A DNA stretch of 64,000 nucleotides, from assembly GCA_026936335.1 (NCBI GenBank), contig JAPMXV010000045.1, forward strand, positions 1 through 64,000. The letters run 5' to 3'. The stretch's first letter is position 1. Every line of letters starts with the position of its first letter. The notes under the pieces were generated by a model. The model made no database searches. It was given only the letters and a program-made list of their open reading frames with translations, and was not told where the DNA came from. A program made the position numbers and the translations under genes. Shown here one piece after another: positions 22,504 through 34,200 of this stretch. Source of the stretch: Mantamonas sphyraenae STR306 (Eukaryota; Protista; CRuMs).

Positions 22504-25173
22504 TCACCAGTCCCGTTTGGCTGCCATCTTGGCCGCGAGCTCCTCCTCGCGGGCTTTTTTCAGGCGGCGCGCTTCAAGCTCTGCTTCCAGACTCGCCCTA
22601 TCGGACAGCTTTGGCGAAGAGGCTCCGCTCCAGAACTTGATGTCGCTGTACTCTGTCTCCAGCGTGCGCTTCTGCGTGTCCGGGAAAATCTGTTCCACAA
22701 GGTCCGTCAGCTGCGAATACGATGTCTGCTGAGTGGCACTTACAGACACCTTCACTTCGCCCTTGGGGTTGACAATGAAAATGGACTCGAGGGGCAGGCC
22801 GACGGCCTTGTATGACACCACGTCTGTGGGACGGTTGCCAAACCCTGCGTGGAACGGCCGGCTGTTCTTGGGGAAAAGATCCAGGATCTCTGTCAAGCAG
22901 GCAATCTTGAACTGCTCCGGTCGCCGCAGGATGACCTCGCGTGTAAAAGCGTCCAGAAGCCGGTCCGGAGAGGTCATCACCGGTCCCGGCGGCAGAGTGT
23001 ACAGCTGTTCCTTGCCCTGCTTGCCCTGCTTGATGGACTTCAGGTACGACCGTGTCGTGTTCACCTGACCAATAGCACGCGACGTGAGATACAGAATGTG
23101 GTAGTTGTTCTTGACAATGTTTGTGTACAGCTCGGACACGCCCGAGTGGCTCCAATCGCGCCCAATCGCAGGCAAGATGTGTCCCAGCACATCGCTGCGT
23201 GTGATCGTGCCGTCGATGTCGCTGATTACAATCTTGCTGTCCGGTTTCCACAGGAAGATTGTCGCCTGCAGCTCCTGCGTCCCCTGCAACCTGCTCGTCA
23301 CTGTGTACTGCACCTTGTTGGCACCCTCCTTCAGGTTGAGCGCCAGAAGCTGGCTCGACGTCGGATAGATGCTCTTGTTCTTCTGGTTCGCCTCTGCCTC
23401 TGCCTCGGCTTCCGCTGCGCTCGCGGCAGCAGCTGCTTCTGCACGCGCCGACGACTCCGCCGCCACCGCCCGTGCTGCCTCCCCCGATACCGGCAGGCTT
23501 TCCGTGGAGCGGGAACGCCCAAACCACGAGCGCTTCGGATGGCCCATCAGCTCTGCCGCAAACTCCGCCTCCAGTTGTGCCAACTGTTCCGGTTCCAGCG
23601 GCCTGCCAAACACCATCATCGAGACCATGAGCGGGGCCACAATCGACCACGGGTAGTACCGGTCGTTGAACATGATCACCAGTCCCGGGTCGTTCAGCAG
23701 ATGCGGGTTGCCGTTGAACTCTTCGTAATCCACCAGCTTCTCCTCAAACAGCGCATCCCACTCTTCCGCGCTCATGTCATCGGCAGACTCCAGGTTTCCA
23801 CACAGAGACATCTTCAGCGTGAATGACTCTGGTGACAGCGGCGTCGACGCCTGTGCAGCGGAGCTCGCAACATCCGCCACTGGTCCGGGAAGAACGCTTG
23901 CGCCCGGTGACGATGACGACGACCGCGATGAAGACGACAAAGACGACGACGATGAAGACGACGAAGACGACGACGTCGCGATCAGAGCGATCGTCGTTGT
24001 GTCTTGACCATCCGCGTCCTCCTCCTCCTCGTCATAATAGTATTCCTCGTCGTCATCTTGGTCGACGCTGGGGTCAACGGGTGTGTCTTGGCTGCGAGCA
24101 CGCCGCACAAACGTCAAAGACGTGTCTTCGTCATCCTGGTCGCGCAGGTCCCACCACGTGTTGGACTCTGTGTCCGCGCTTCGTGTCCGCTGCACCCGAC
24201 GCTGGCCCACCGTCCCAGACGTCGACGATGTGTCCGAGTCGGCCGTGGCCGTCTTTGACGAGCCATACTGATCATGGATGCTGTGTCTGTCTTGCTCTGC
24301 GTCGCCCTCGTCGTCGCGCCACACAAACTCTTCGCCTTCCTTGATGAGAAAGTCCGGGACCTCCACTTGCCGTTGGCCAAACATCGAGCCAAAAAGCGAG
24401 CCCACCCACGACGACGACGTTGTGGATTTTGGCGTCGTTGGCGCCTCATCCTGTGCAGAAGCGCCCTCATTGGTCTTTCCAGACCCGCCGGCTTTCTCCG
24501 TGCTTTCCGGTTCGGGCGAAGATTCTTTCCTGGCCTCCTCCTCTGTGCCCTCTGCACTCTCTGTCTCTGTCGCCTCGTCCTTGGCGGCCGTGTCATCATC
24601 GTCGTCCTCGTCGCCTCCGTTGTAGTCGACAAAGAGGAACCCCTTGCCGTCGTCGTTGTCGTTTTTGTCCTCGTTCTCCGCGCTGGTTGTTTCCCCAGCT
24701 GCGTCTGACGTGGCACCTGGGGCCGCAGACGCCGCAGGCTGGCTCGAAAGCGTTTCCTGCGTCGACACGCTTGCCTGGCCGTCCAGAGAGTCAAAGTCCG
24801 TGAGCGCGTCAAAGTACTGCGACTCGTTGCGCGGCAGGAAAAAGTCCCCAGACGCAAATGAGGAAAGCCCTTCCCCTTCCTCCGGCACCGGCGAGCTCGT
24901 GCCAAACGTCTCTGGCAGCTCGTCGTCCACCTCCAGAAAGGCCTCTCCGTCTGGGCCCACCTGCATCTCGAATGGTGCCAGCGTATCGTTCACCGTGATG
25001 GAAACACGCTTGCGGTTTGACTTGAGCAGATGGATCTTCCCAAACCGCACGTGGAACGCAGACGATTTCAGCGTGCCGTCCGGTTGTTTCACCACAATGA
25101 TGTCGCGCGCCCCACTGAGCGTCGCCGAGTTTATACCCAGCACATACTCGTTGACACCGTCCAGGAAGTTCAT
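22504..25173 (-). CDS. PAH1: Lipin / phosphatidate phosphatase
   Basis: N-LIP INSATLSGARDIIVV...FHVRFGK, middle domain MSLCG, and C-LIP HAD motif ISDIDGTITRSDVLGH with YLTSRAIGQ and AGFGNRPTD. Confidence 0.96.
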   Translation of the reverse strand: MNFLDGVNEYVLGINSATLSGARDIIVVKQPDGTLKSSAFHVRFGKIHLLKSNRKRVSITVNDTLAPFEMQVGPDGEAFLEVDDELPETFGTSSPVPEEGEGLSSFASGDFFLPRNESQYFDALTDFDSLDGQASVSTQETLSSQPAASAAPGATSDAAGETTSAENEDKNDNDDGKGFLFVDYNGGDEDDDDDTAAKDEATETESAEGTEEEARKESSPEPESTEKAGGSGKTNEGASAQDEAPTTPKSTTSSSWVGSLFGSMFGQRQVEVPDFLIKEGEEFVWRDDEGDAEQDRHSIHDQYGSSKTATADSDTSSTSGTVGQRRVQRTRSADTESNTWWDLRDQDDEDTSLTFVRRARSQDTPVDPSVDQDDDEEYYYDEEEEDADGQDTTTIALIATSSSSSSSSSSSLSSSSRSSSSSPGASVLPGPVADVASSAAQASTPLSPESFTLKMSLCGNLESADDMSAEEWDALFEEKLVDYEEFNGNPHLLNDPGLVIMFNDRYYPWSIVAPLMVSMMVFGRPLEPEQLAQLEAEFAAELMGHPKRSWFGRSRSTESLPVSGEAARAVAAESSARAEAAAAASAAEAEAEAEANQKNKSIYPTSSQLLALNLKEGANKVQYTVTSRLQGTQELQATIFLWKPDSKIVISDIDGTITRSDVLGHILPAIGRDWSHSGVSELYTNIVKNNYHILYLTSRAIGQVNTTRSYLKSIKQGKQGKEQLYTLPPGPVMTSPDRLLDAFTREVILRRPEQFKIACLTEILDLFPKNSRPFHAGFGNRPTDVVSYKAVGLPLESIFIVNPKGEVKVSVSATQQTSYSQLTDLVEQIFPDTQKRTLETEYSDIKFWSGASSPKLSDRASLEAELEARRLKKAREEELAAKMAAKRDW

Positions 25174-25222
25174 CGCAGTTGGCTCCGTCGCCGCGATCCC
25201 TCTGCCACCCGAATTCAGCACC

Positions 25223-28200
25223 ATGTACGCACACACACTCCAACCCCATGACCGCCACTCCCCCTTTGTTTCCTCACACATACACCTAACCCTCCCACCC
25301 GTCCCACCCGTCCCCCCAACCCCCCTTTTAGGTCCGATCCCCACGGATCCACTCCGTCGAATTCACACCCCGACCCAACCCCGACATCCGGCTCATCTAC
25401 GAGTTCGCATCAAGACACACCCGCCCCGACGGCCGCCCCGACACAGCCTGCACCCACGCCGGCCACTGCCAACCAGCCCACGTCCGCCACTGCAAACGCA
25501 AACACAACCCAGCCCACAGGCGCCCCTCCCTCTCGAGGAACATCCTACGCCGCAGCCGCCTCCTCGGCCCCATCCTCCTCGGCGTCCTCCTCACGTGCCT
25601 CCTCCTCGGCCGCCTCCTCCTCACATTCCTCCTCCAACACACGCACATCCGCACGTGCAAACACCGCCCCGTCCTTCAAGCTTGATCTTGACGAAAGCAA
25701 CCTTGTTTTCGACACAGATTCCCAGGCCGCCGCCCCGCAAGAAGGCGAGACCCTCATCACCTTCCACCTTTTTCTTCCCAACCGCAAGATGACCACCCGT
25801 GACGTCTGCCTACGTGGCTCCCTCCCACAGCTCGGTGGCTTCGACCAGAGCCTCGTTGTTCTCCAGCAGCACCCTGCCAGCACCCAGTACTACACCGCCA
25901 CCATCTCCGTCCCATTTGGCGTCGGCGAAGAACGCGACTCTATCCTCGACGAACCCTTCTTTGAGTACAAGTACATCCTCGACAACCTCTCCACGGGCCA
26001 ACACGATTGGGAGGACGGCGAAAACAGGTCCGTCACCGTCATCGAAAACAACATCTACGACGTCTACCGCTACCCCATGGTCATCCCCACCTACCTCCAA
26101 AACAGGTATACCACACGCCAGGGCGTCGTCAACACAAATGCCCTCGCCTCCCGCAACCAGTGGCTCGTCAACCAACATCGCCAGACCGCAAACAGGCACA
26201 ACAAGATGGCCTTCACCCTCTTCTTCCGCATCCTCCTCGAAGAGCTCGTCTCCGCACGTACCCCGTTCCTCCTCTGGTTGCCCAAGTACGACAGCATCCA
26301 CACCTCCCTCTCTTCCCAAGTCTTCTTCACTGACCTTTGCGACGAAATCGTACGCAAGATACGCCTCATGCGCTCCGCAGACGTCTCCGACCTCCTCACC
26401 CTTGACGTCTGCGTTTCCATGCTCACCGTCCTCGGCAGCGAGCACTACCGCTCCTCCCGCTACCGTCTCGACGTCACCGCCATCGCACGCCTCCGCGACG
26501 CAATCACCTCGCACTCCCAGATCGATTCCGTCACAGAGCACCTCGCCACGACCGCACGCACGTGGTTCTGCCGTGGCATCTCCAATTTCTGCTCCCTCGA
26601 AAGCGCAAAAGTCGGCGGCTACGCTTGGATGCGCCTCATGCCCCTCCTCTACACCAGCACAGCCGCCACAAACAACTTCCTCACCATGCCCTCCAAACCA
26701 GACTTTCGCCGCTTCTCCGTCATCGAGGCCGAGTACGCAGACGAACTTCAGATGGCTCTCAGCTCAGACTCCCTCTTCACCGACCACGCCGTCCCCGATC
26801 TGCCCTTTCCCATGTTTTCTGCTTTCGTCTACTATGCTCCCAGCATGAAGAGCCTCCACCAGCTCGTCACCCTCGCTGACGTCAAGTCCAACCAGCAGTA
26901 CACAGACGCCATCGTCACCATCCTCCAGGACAAGATCCAGAACCACGAGTGGGACGACGTGCCACGCTCTCTCGAGGTGCCCGAACTCCAAGCTCTCATT
27001 GCCCTCATCGGCCTGTGCCCGCAACCCCTCGCCCTCTCCATCATCGTCACCCTGCTGCAAGCGAAAAAGTTCTCCACCTTCAACCCGCTCAACTGCAAGG
27101 ATCTCCTCACCACCGCCGTCCAGCTCAACCCAGACTCCAACGAAGCCTTTGGCCCTGCCCTTCGTCAGTGGCTCTGCAAGGCCGGCCTCCCCGACCTCCC
27201 GGCAGAAAGCCACGACGACGCCGACGACGATGACTTTGGTTCCTCCGGCGCTGGATCATCCTCGGGCTCCGCCTACACCATCCTCGGCGGCTACATCTAC
27301 AACGGGCGCAACAGCAGAGCCAACCAGGAGCGCCGCCGAGAGAACGCTGCACGTCGCAAGCGCGAGCGCGAGCAGAAACTCGAAGCCGCCCTCAACACAT
27401 GCCTCACAGACATGAACGTCCTCCTCGGCGACGAGGTCCTGGCCCCGGCTCTCATCAGGTGGTTCAGCGAAGCCGTCAGCGTCATGCTGAAAAAGTTTGA
27501 CGACACACGCATTCTCAAGCATCTCAAGAACCCCGTCCTCGACACCATCGGCCCTCTCACCACAGAGGTCTTTGAGATGCGTGCTCGTCGCGCCCTCTGC
27601 TCCTACTTCCACACCCCGGAGCAGCAGATGCAGGTCTTTGAGCTCCTCGACACGGGCTTCCAGAATGGCCTCCGCGTGCGCGACCTCGACAACCCGCGCT
27701 TCACCATGACCTGCCGCCTTCTCCACACCCTCCAGTTCGGCGCCTCGGGCAACTCTCTCGACGCCCTTCTCGACTCTGCCGCAGACATGATCCAGATCGA
27801 CTTTGCGCCTGTCAACCCCGACCTCGAGTATGTGCTCACATACTACCCCATCTGGGCCAAGATGCTCTCCCTCTTTGACTCTCTCAACAACCGCAGCGTC
27901 GATTCGCTCGCCGTGGCTCCCAACCACCCGCTCATGATTGTCCACCAGGGCATCGCAAACGTCACCGCCAGCATCGCCCAATTTGCCGCTCAGCTCCTCA
28001 GCGCAAACATCGCCATCGGGCCCCTCACAAAGATCATGAAGAACGAAGAGCCTGCACTCATGCTCTTTGACGCCGCAAACCAGGACATCTCCATCCAGGA
28101 TATCAACGCAGCTCGCGCCAGACTCGACACCTTTGAGACAAAGATCATCCAGCTCCAATGCTTTGCAAACATCTTTGCAGGCCAGGACATCGATCTCCAG

Positions 28201-31200
28201 GGCTTGCCGGACACCCTCCTTGCCATCCGCCGCGACTGGGATGCCCTTGTCCTATCCGACGTCGAGTTTCAGTTTGACGACCTGCCCATCATGCCCGTCC
28301 TCCCCTGGCTCTACACCCTCCGCGGCTCAGAGATCTTCCTTGTCCACTGGACAAAGAGCATCGCCATGCTCAATCAAATGATGTCTGACGACGGCAACGA
28401 CGCAGACACCTCCTCCACAGGCGCAAGTTCCTCCGCAGACGATGCTGCAAACAATGACGATGCCTCCTCCTCCTCCTCCAACATCTCTCCCGAAGACATC
28501 ATCAACAGCCTCGAGGTCGACAGCAGCGAGGACCGCATCGCCCTTGACATCGACAACGCAACCCAGTTCCTCGTGCCCGTCGTCGAGTCCTACTGGATCG
28601 GCCTCCAGAACCGCCTCGACGACTACAGCATCCCGTTCCCCGAACTCAGCTCCACCTTTGGCATGCTCAACGCGCAGCAGCTTGACCGCGAAATCACCGT
28701 CCTCAGCGCAACCACAGCCAACGGCAACACCACCGTCGGCCAACACGACCGCAAATGGGTCCAGACCCGCGTCCAGATCCTGCGCCAGTTCAACATGCTC
28801 GACACAAACAAGACCCGCATCACACGACTCGCAGACGCCCTCACAGGCTTCCTCGAACCCCTTTTCAGTGCACCCGTCCACCAGGACGCCTTTTACGCAC
28901 GCGTCGTCGAGAACAACCGCCGTCTCCTCGAGCAGTGGGAATCTCAGAAGCTCGCCCAAACCGCAGACTTTATCGAGCCTGTCGAAGAGCTTTTCAAGGA
29001 CTTTTCCGACGCGCACCTCGATCTCCTCGACGTCATCGTCAACTCCCAGGAGGTCGTCGAGTGGCTCATGCAGGCCAAGAGCGTCGACGAGTTCAATCGC
29101 CTCCTCTCCATTTGCAAGTCCAACACAGACGACGCCATCGCCGTCCGCGCCATCGCTGCCATGCAGAGTTCCCGAAACCTCCTCGCTGGTCTCCTCTACC
29201 CCGTGGAGCTCTATGACTCCCTGCAAGCCTTCATCGTCGAGCTCAACCGTGTGGATGTTTCGGGCTCGGAGATTGCAAACCACCTGCGTACCGCCTCGGA
29301 AAAGTTCTCCCTCCTGCAGAAGCTGTTTGCCGAAAAGACCCGCTCTCCGGGCACACAGGCCTGCCACGACCTCCTCGAAATCATGGATCGCGGCGAGTAC
29401 CACTGGGACACCGAGGCACGCAGCATCACCCTGGTCTACCAGCAGCGCGAAGGCCTCATCGACAAGCCGCCGCGACACACCAACGAGCTCCTCGACCTGC
29501 GCAACCGCCTTATGCTCACCGAAATCCCCGAGGATCTGCAAGACCAGATCCCGGACGTGCTGCAGGCGTACGTCGAGCAGCTCAAGCAGATGTTTGACAT
29601 TGCACGCTTCCTCACCGCCCTCAACGCAAACGGTCACTTTGACTACCAGGAGCATCGTGAGGTGTTCTCCGCAAGTGTGCAGCCACAGCAGCTCGAAGCA
29701 CGCGCAAAGCAGCTCAAGCAGGTTTACAACGAGTGGGAGCGCATCGTCAACGACGTCCGCGCACGCTACTACTACCTCAACTACTTCAATGTCCACAAGA
29801 TCCTGCACTTGTTCAAGCACCTTGACGCAGCCGAGCGCGACGACCTCCTGGAGGTCCACAAGACCTTGCGCTTTGTCAACACCACCCTCCAGCTCACCCA
29901 GATTCCTTTCGAGGCCTGGGAGCCCGCCACAGATCCGCGCCAGCGCCTCCACAATCTTGGCAACTTCCTCAACATGACGTTTGAGGACCTGCCCAGCGTC
30001 TCGCGCGTCATCAGCCAGGCCATCGTCTCTCCAGGTTCTCGCTACCTCTTTGACGACGGCACAGACAACTCGCAGCGCACCTACTTTGTCGTCGCCGAGC
30101 AAGAAAAGGTCGTCGACGTCACACTCACCCTGTACATCCAGAATGGCCGTCTGCCCGAACCCTCCGAGCTCGTGTGGTGCACAAACCAGACCACCATCAG
30201 CGAAATCTCCCTCCTCCTGCGCCGCTGGGCCTCTGCTCGCACCTCCCTCGGCACAGATCGCCTCTTTTGCATCGTCAACAGCCACAAGCTGTCGTACACC
30301 ATGCAGACGCGCATGCTCGAGCAGCTCCATCTGCTTCAGAGTAGCGACAGCGGCTCTCTGGTCGTCCTCTCCTGCTCCGCCGAGGGCCATCTGGCCTCGT
30401 CCCTCCAAGCCAACCGCGTCAGCGTCTCTCCTCTCGAGCCCGATGTCCTCAAGCCACTCTACCACAAGATTGTCACCGAGTACGGACTCGACACGCGCGT
30501 GTTCACATCGCCCGTTGCAGGCGGCGGCAAGACACACTCCATCCTGCGCTGGGCCTACGAACACAGCCTTCCCTACCACACCATCGCCATCCAGGGCCCG
30601 CTCACGCCCCAGAACTTCATCAACCTCTTCCCGCGACGTAGCGAAGACGTCGCCGTCGCATTTCACGTCGACATCGGCAACACCGCCACAAGCGACCTCA
30701 ACGCCCTGCTCTTCCAGCTCCTTGTCGTCGGCTGCGTCGTCAGCGACCAGAGCATCTTCTTCCGCAACCCGCTTGACGCCTTTCTGCTCGAGGTCGCAAA
30801 CTCGCCCGGAGACGCCCTCCACAAGCGCCTTCATCTGCCGCGCATGCTGCCACAGGACTCCACTGTTGCTTTTGCCGACGATGCCCTCGACTTGTTTGAG
30901 TACAAGGTCACCTACTTGGGCGAAGATGCCATGGAAGATGTCAAACTCAAGGTGCGCGCCATGCCCAACTACGAGCTGCAGGTCGTCTGCAAGTTCCTCC
31001 AGGCATTTGAAGAGGCCCAGTTTGTCAACTTCACCGCAGAGACGCCAGACTTCCACCCGGACCTTGTTGAGGACCTGGACCCGGTCACTTGCTTCCAGCT
31101 CATCCACAAACACAGCGGCGCAGAATCGTGGACGCTTGTGTCCAACTTTGTCAAGTTCATGTCGAACCAGTTTATGCGCCTGGAGTACACCGATCTGCTG

Positions 31201-34200
31201 ACCAACATGGCCGTGGCCGGCGCCCTGGGCAGGCCCGATTTCAAGAACTTTGTCGTCGACTTTCTCATCAAGACCTCGGCCGACTTTGCGTCGCGTTCGC
31301 TCATCCGCATGCACAAGGAAGATTCCTCCCTCGAGGCTGCAGGCGCATCGGTGGAAGAGGCTGCCCATCATGTGGACCTCACCGAGTATGCAAGCAAGTA
31401 CGCCACGATGAAGCAGTGGGACGAATCGGACCACCCGTTTGTGCTGTTCAACAACAACCCCATGGGGTTTGGCTCGTCGGGCATTGCCATCTTGTCGCTG
31501 AATCCCAAACTGATCGACCAGGTCATGGAGAAGGAGTTGAAGGAGACCCTGGAGCTGAACGGGTTCCCGCTCGCGCGGGACTACACCAAGCTCGACCGCT
31601 GGGAAGCCATGGAGATCCTGTGCAACACCCTTGGCGTGTTTGATCGTGAGCACGTGCAGCCGTGGTATGTTCTCACTGTCGACAACGTCATGAAAATCCT
31701 CAGCATCCACAAGCGCATCGCGTACAACATCCCGGTGGTGGTCATGGGCGAGACGGGCTGTGGCAAGAGCGCTCTCATCAAGTTTATGTGTGAGCTGCTG
31801 GGCTGCCCGCTGTACACTCTCAATGTGCACGGAGGCATCACAGACGCAGACATTGTCGAGTGGATGCAGGAGGTCATCGCCGCGGCGTACGGCGCCATCG
31901 GCGATGTGTACGTTTTCCTGGACGAGGTCAACACGTGCAACAGCATGGCGCTGTTCAAGCAGATTGTCGTGGACGGCTTCATGCACGACCAATGGCTTCC
32001 GGAGAACCTCAAGTTTATCTGTGCGTGCAACCCGTACCGTCTCATCTCCAACGCCAACCGCATCCAGGCCGGCCTGACCTTCAACGACTACCACGACGAC
32101 GAGACGGTGGACCCGCTCAAGACCCTCCAGTACCGCGTGTATCCGCTGCCGGAAACCATGGGCGACTATGTGTGGGATTTCGGTGCGCTGCACACGCACA
32201 CAGAGAAGCAGTACATCTTTGCCATGGTGACCAACGCGTGCCATCTGCCTTACGAACACAAGCCCTCGGGCGTGTTCTACACCATGCTGGCCATGCAGAA
32301 CGAAAACACAGACCCTCAGGCTGTGTTTATCGAAAAGTTCATCGACCTGTTCACCGAGCTGGTGTCGCAGTCGCACGTGTTTATGAACACGCAGTTGGAG
32401 TTTGGTGTCGTATCCCTGCGTGACGTGGCACGCGTGGTCAAGCTGTACAACTTTTTCTACGAGTCGTTGCTTGCGCGCCGCACGGTCCCGCTGCAGGCAA
32501 TCAAACAGGCGCTCGTGCTTGCGCTTGCGCACGTGTATCACTCGCGTCTCAACCGAGAGCGTGTTGCCTACCGCAACCAGATGACAATGACGCTGAACAG
32601 CAACCCTCCAAGCGAACTGCGCTTGCGTCGCGACGAGTTCCGCACCATTGTGGTGCGCGAGCAGGAGTTTTACGCCAAGGAGCTCGACCCAGGAGAAGGT
32701 ATTGCGCTCAACGAAGCCTTGTGCGAGAACATCTTTATGATTCTGGTGTGCATTCTGAACTGCGTGCCCATCTTTGTGGTGGGCAAGCCCGGCTCGTCCA
32801 AGTCTCTGGCAATGGAGCTGGTGGCCTCCAACCTCAACGGCCAGAGTTCGGACACGGCTTTTCTCCAGAGCTTGCCTGCCGTGGAGGTGTTTTCATACCA
32901 GTGCTCACCCCTGTCGCAGGCCGACGGCATTGCACAGCTCTTCGACCAGGCCGACCGCTACCAAAAGAACGCGACCAACACCGTTGTCGTGGTGCTTCTG
33001 GACGAAGTCGGATTGGCCGAACAGTCTCCGCATTTGCCCCTCAAGGTGCTGCACTCGCTTCTGGAGAAGCCCACCCTTGCTGTGGTTGGCATCTCCAACT
33101 GGGAGCTGGATCCGGCCAAGATGAACCGCGCCATCCATCTCACACGGCCAGAGCCGACTGTCAACGATCTCAAGATCACTGCCCAGGGCATTGTGTCATC
33201 GCACCACTTGGAGGGTATCCTTGCAGGCCTTGCGGAATCCTACTTTGAGGTGTACAAGAGCCAGCAGATTCGTGACTTTTTCGGCCTCCGCGATTTCTAC
33301 CACCTCATCAAGTTCCTGCACCGCAACCTGGACAGCAGCAACTCGCTCAGCGAAGAGCTGTTGTACAATGCAGTGCTGCGCAACTTTGGCGGGCGCCCCA
33401 CAGAGATGATGGCCAACATGGAACTCTTCTTTACGCGCGCGGGCTTGGGCTTCCAGGGCACCGAGATCGCAGACCGCAGCAAGATCCCCACCCTTGCGCT
33501 TATCCGTGCCAACCTGCGCGACCGCATGGCGCGCCACCTGATGCTCCTCACACACAACGATGCGGCGCTTCCGTTGCTGCTCGACCAAGGTGTGCTGACC
33601 ATGGATCGCCTGGTGGTGTTGTTCGGCTCGGACTTTCCCGACGACCAAACCGACCTGCACATTCTGATCAACATCCAGCAGATCAAATCCTGCATGGCAG
33701 ACGGACGTACAGTGGTGTTGATGCACGCCGAGAATCTGTACGAGAGTTTGTACGACATGCTGAACCAGCACTACACGTACTACCAGGGCCAGCGCTTTGT
33801 GCGCATTGCCATCGGTACGCACTCGCGTCTGTGTCCCGTGCACGATGACTTCCGCGTGATTCTCATCACGGAAAAGAGCGAGGCGTACACTTCCCTTGCG
33901 CCGCCGCTGCTCAACCGCTTTGAAAAGCAGGTGTTGCTCTCGGGTGACTTGCTGCAGACGCGCGAGCAGGTGCTGCACGCTCGTCTCTCCCGCTGGGTCG
34001 AGCGTTTCCTGAACAACGCCGAGCTCAAGACGCGCTTCCAACCGCAGGACGCGTTTATGGGCTGGCACGACGAAACGCTTGCGTCGCTCGTGCTCTCGCT
34101 CGCAGCCACACGCCGCCACCGCCGTGCCATCTTGCAGGAAATGGCTGAGCTTGAAAAGGCCGACCCCAAGGGCAAGGGCAAGGCGAACAGCAGCAGCAGC

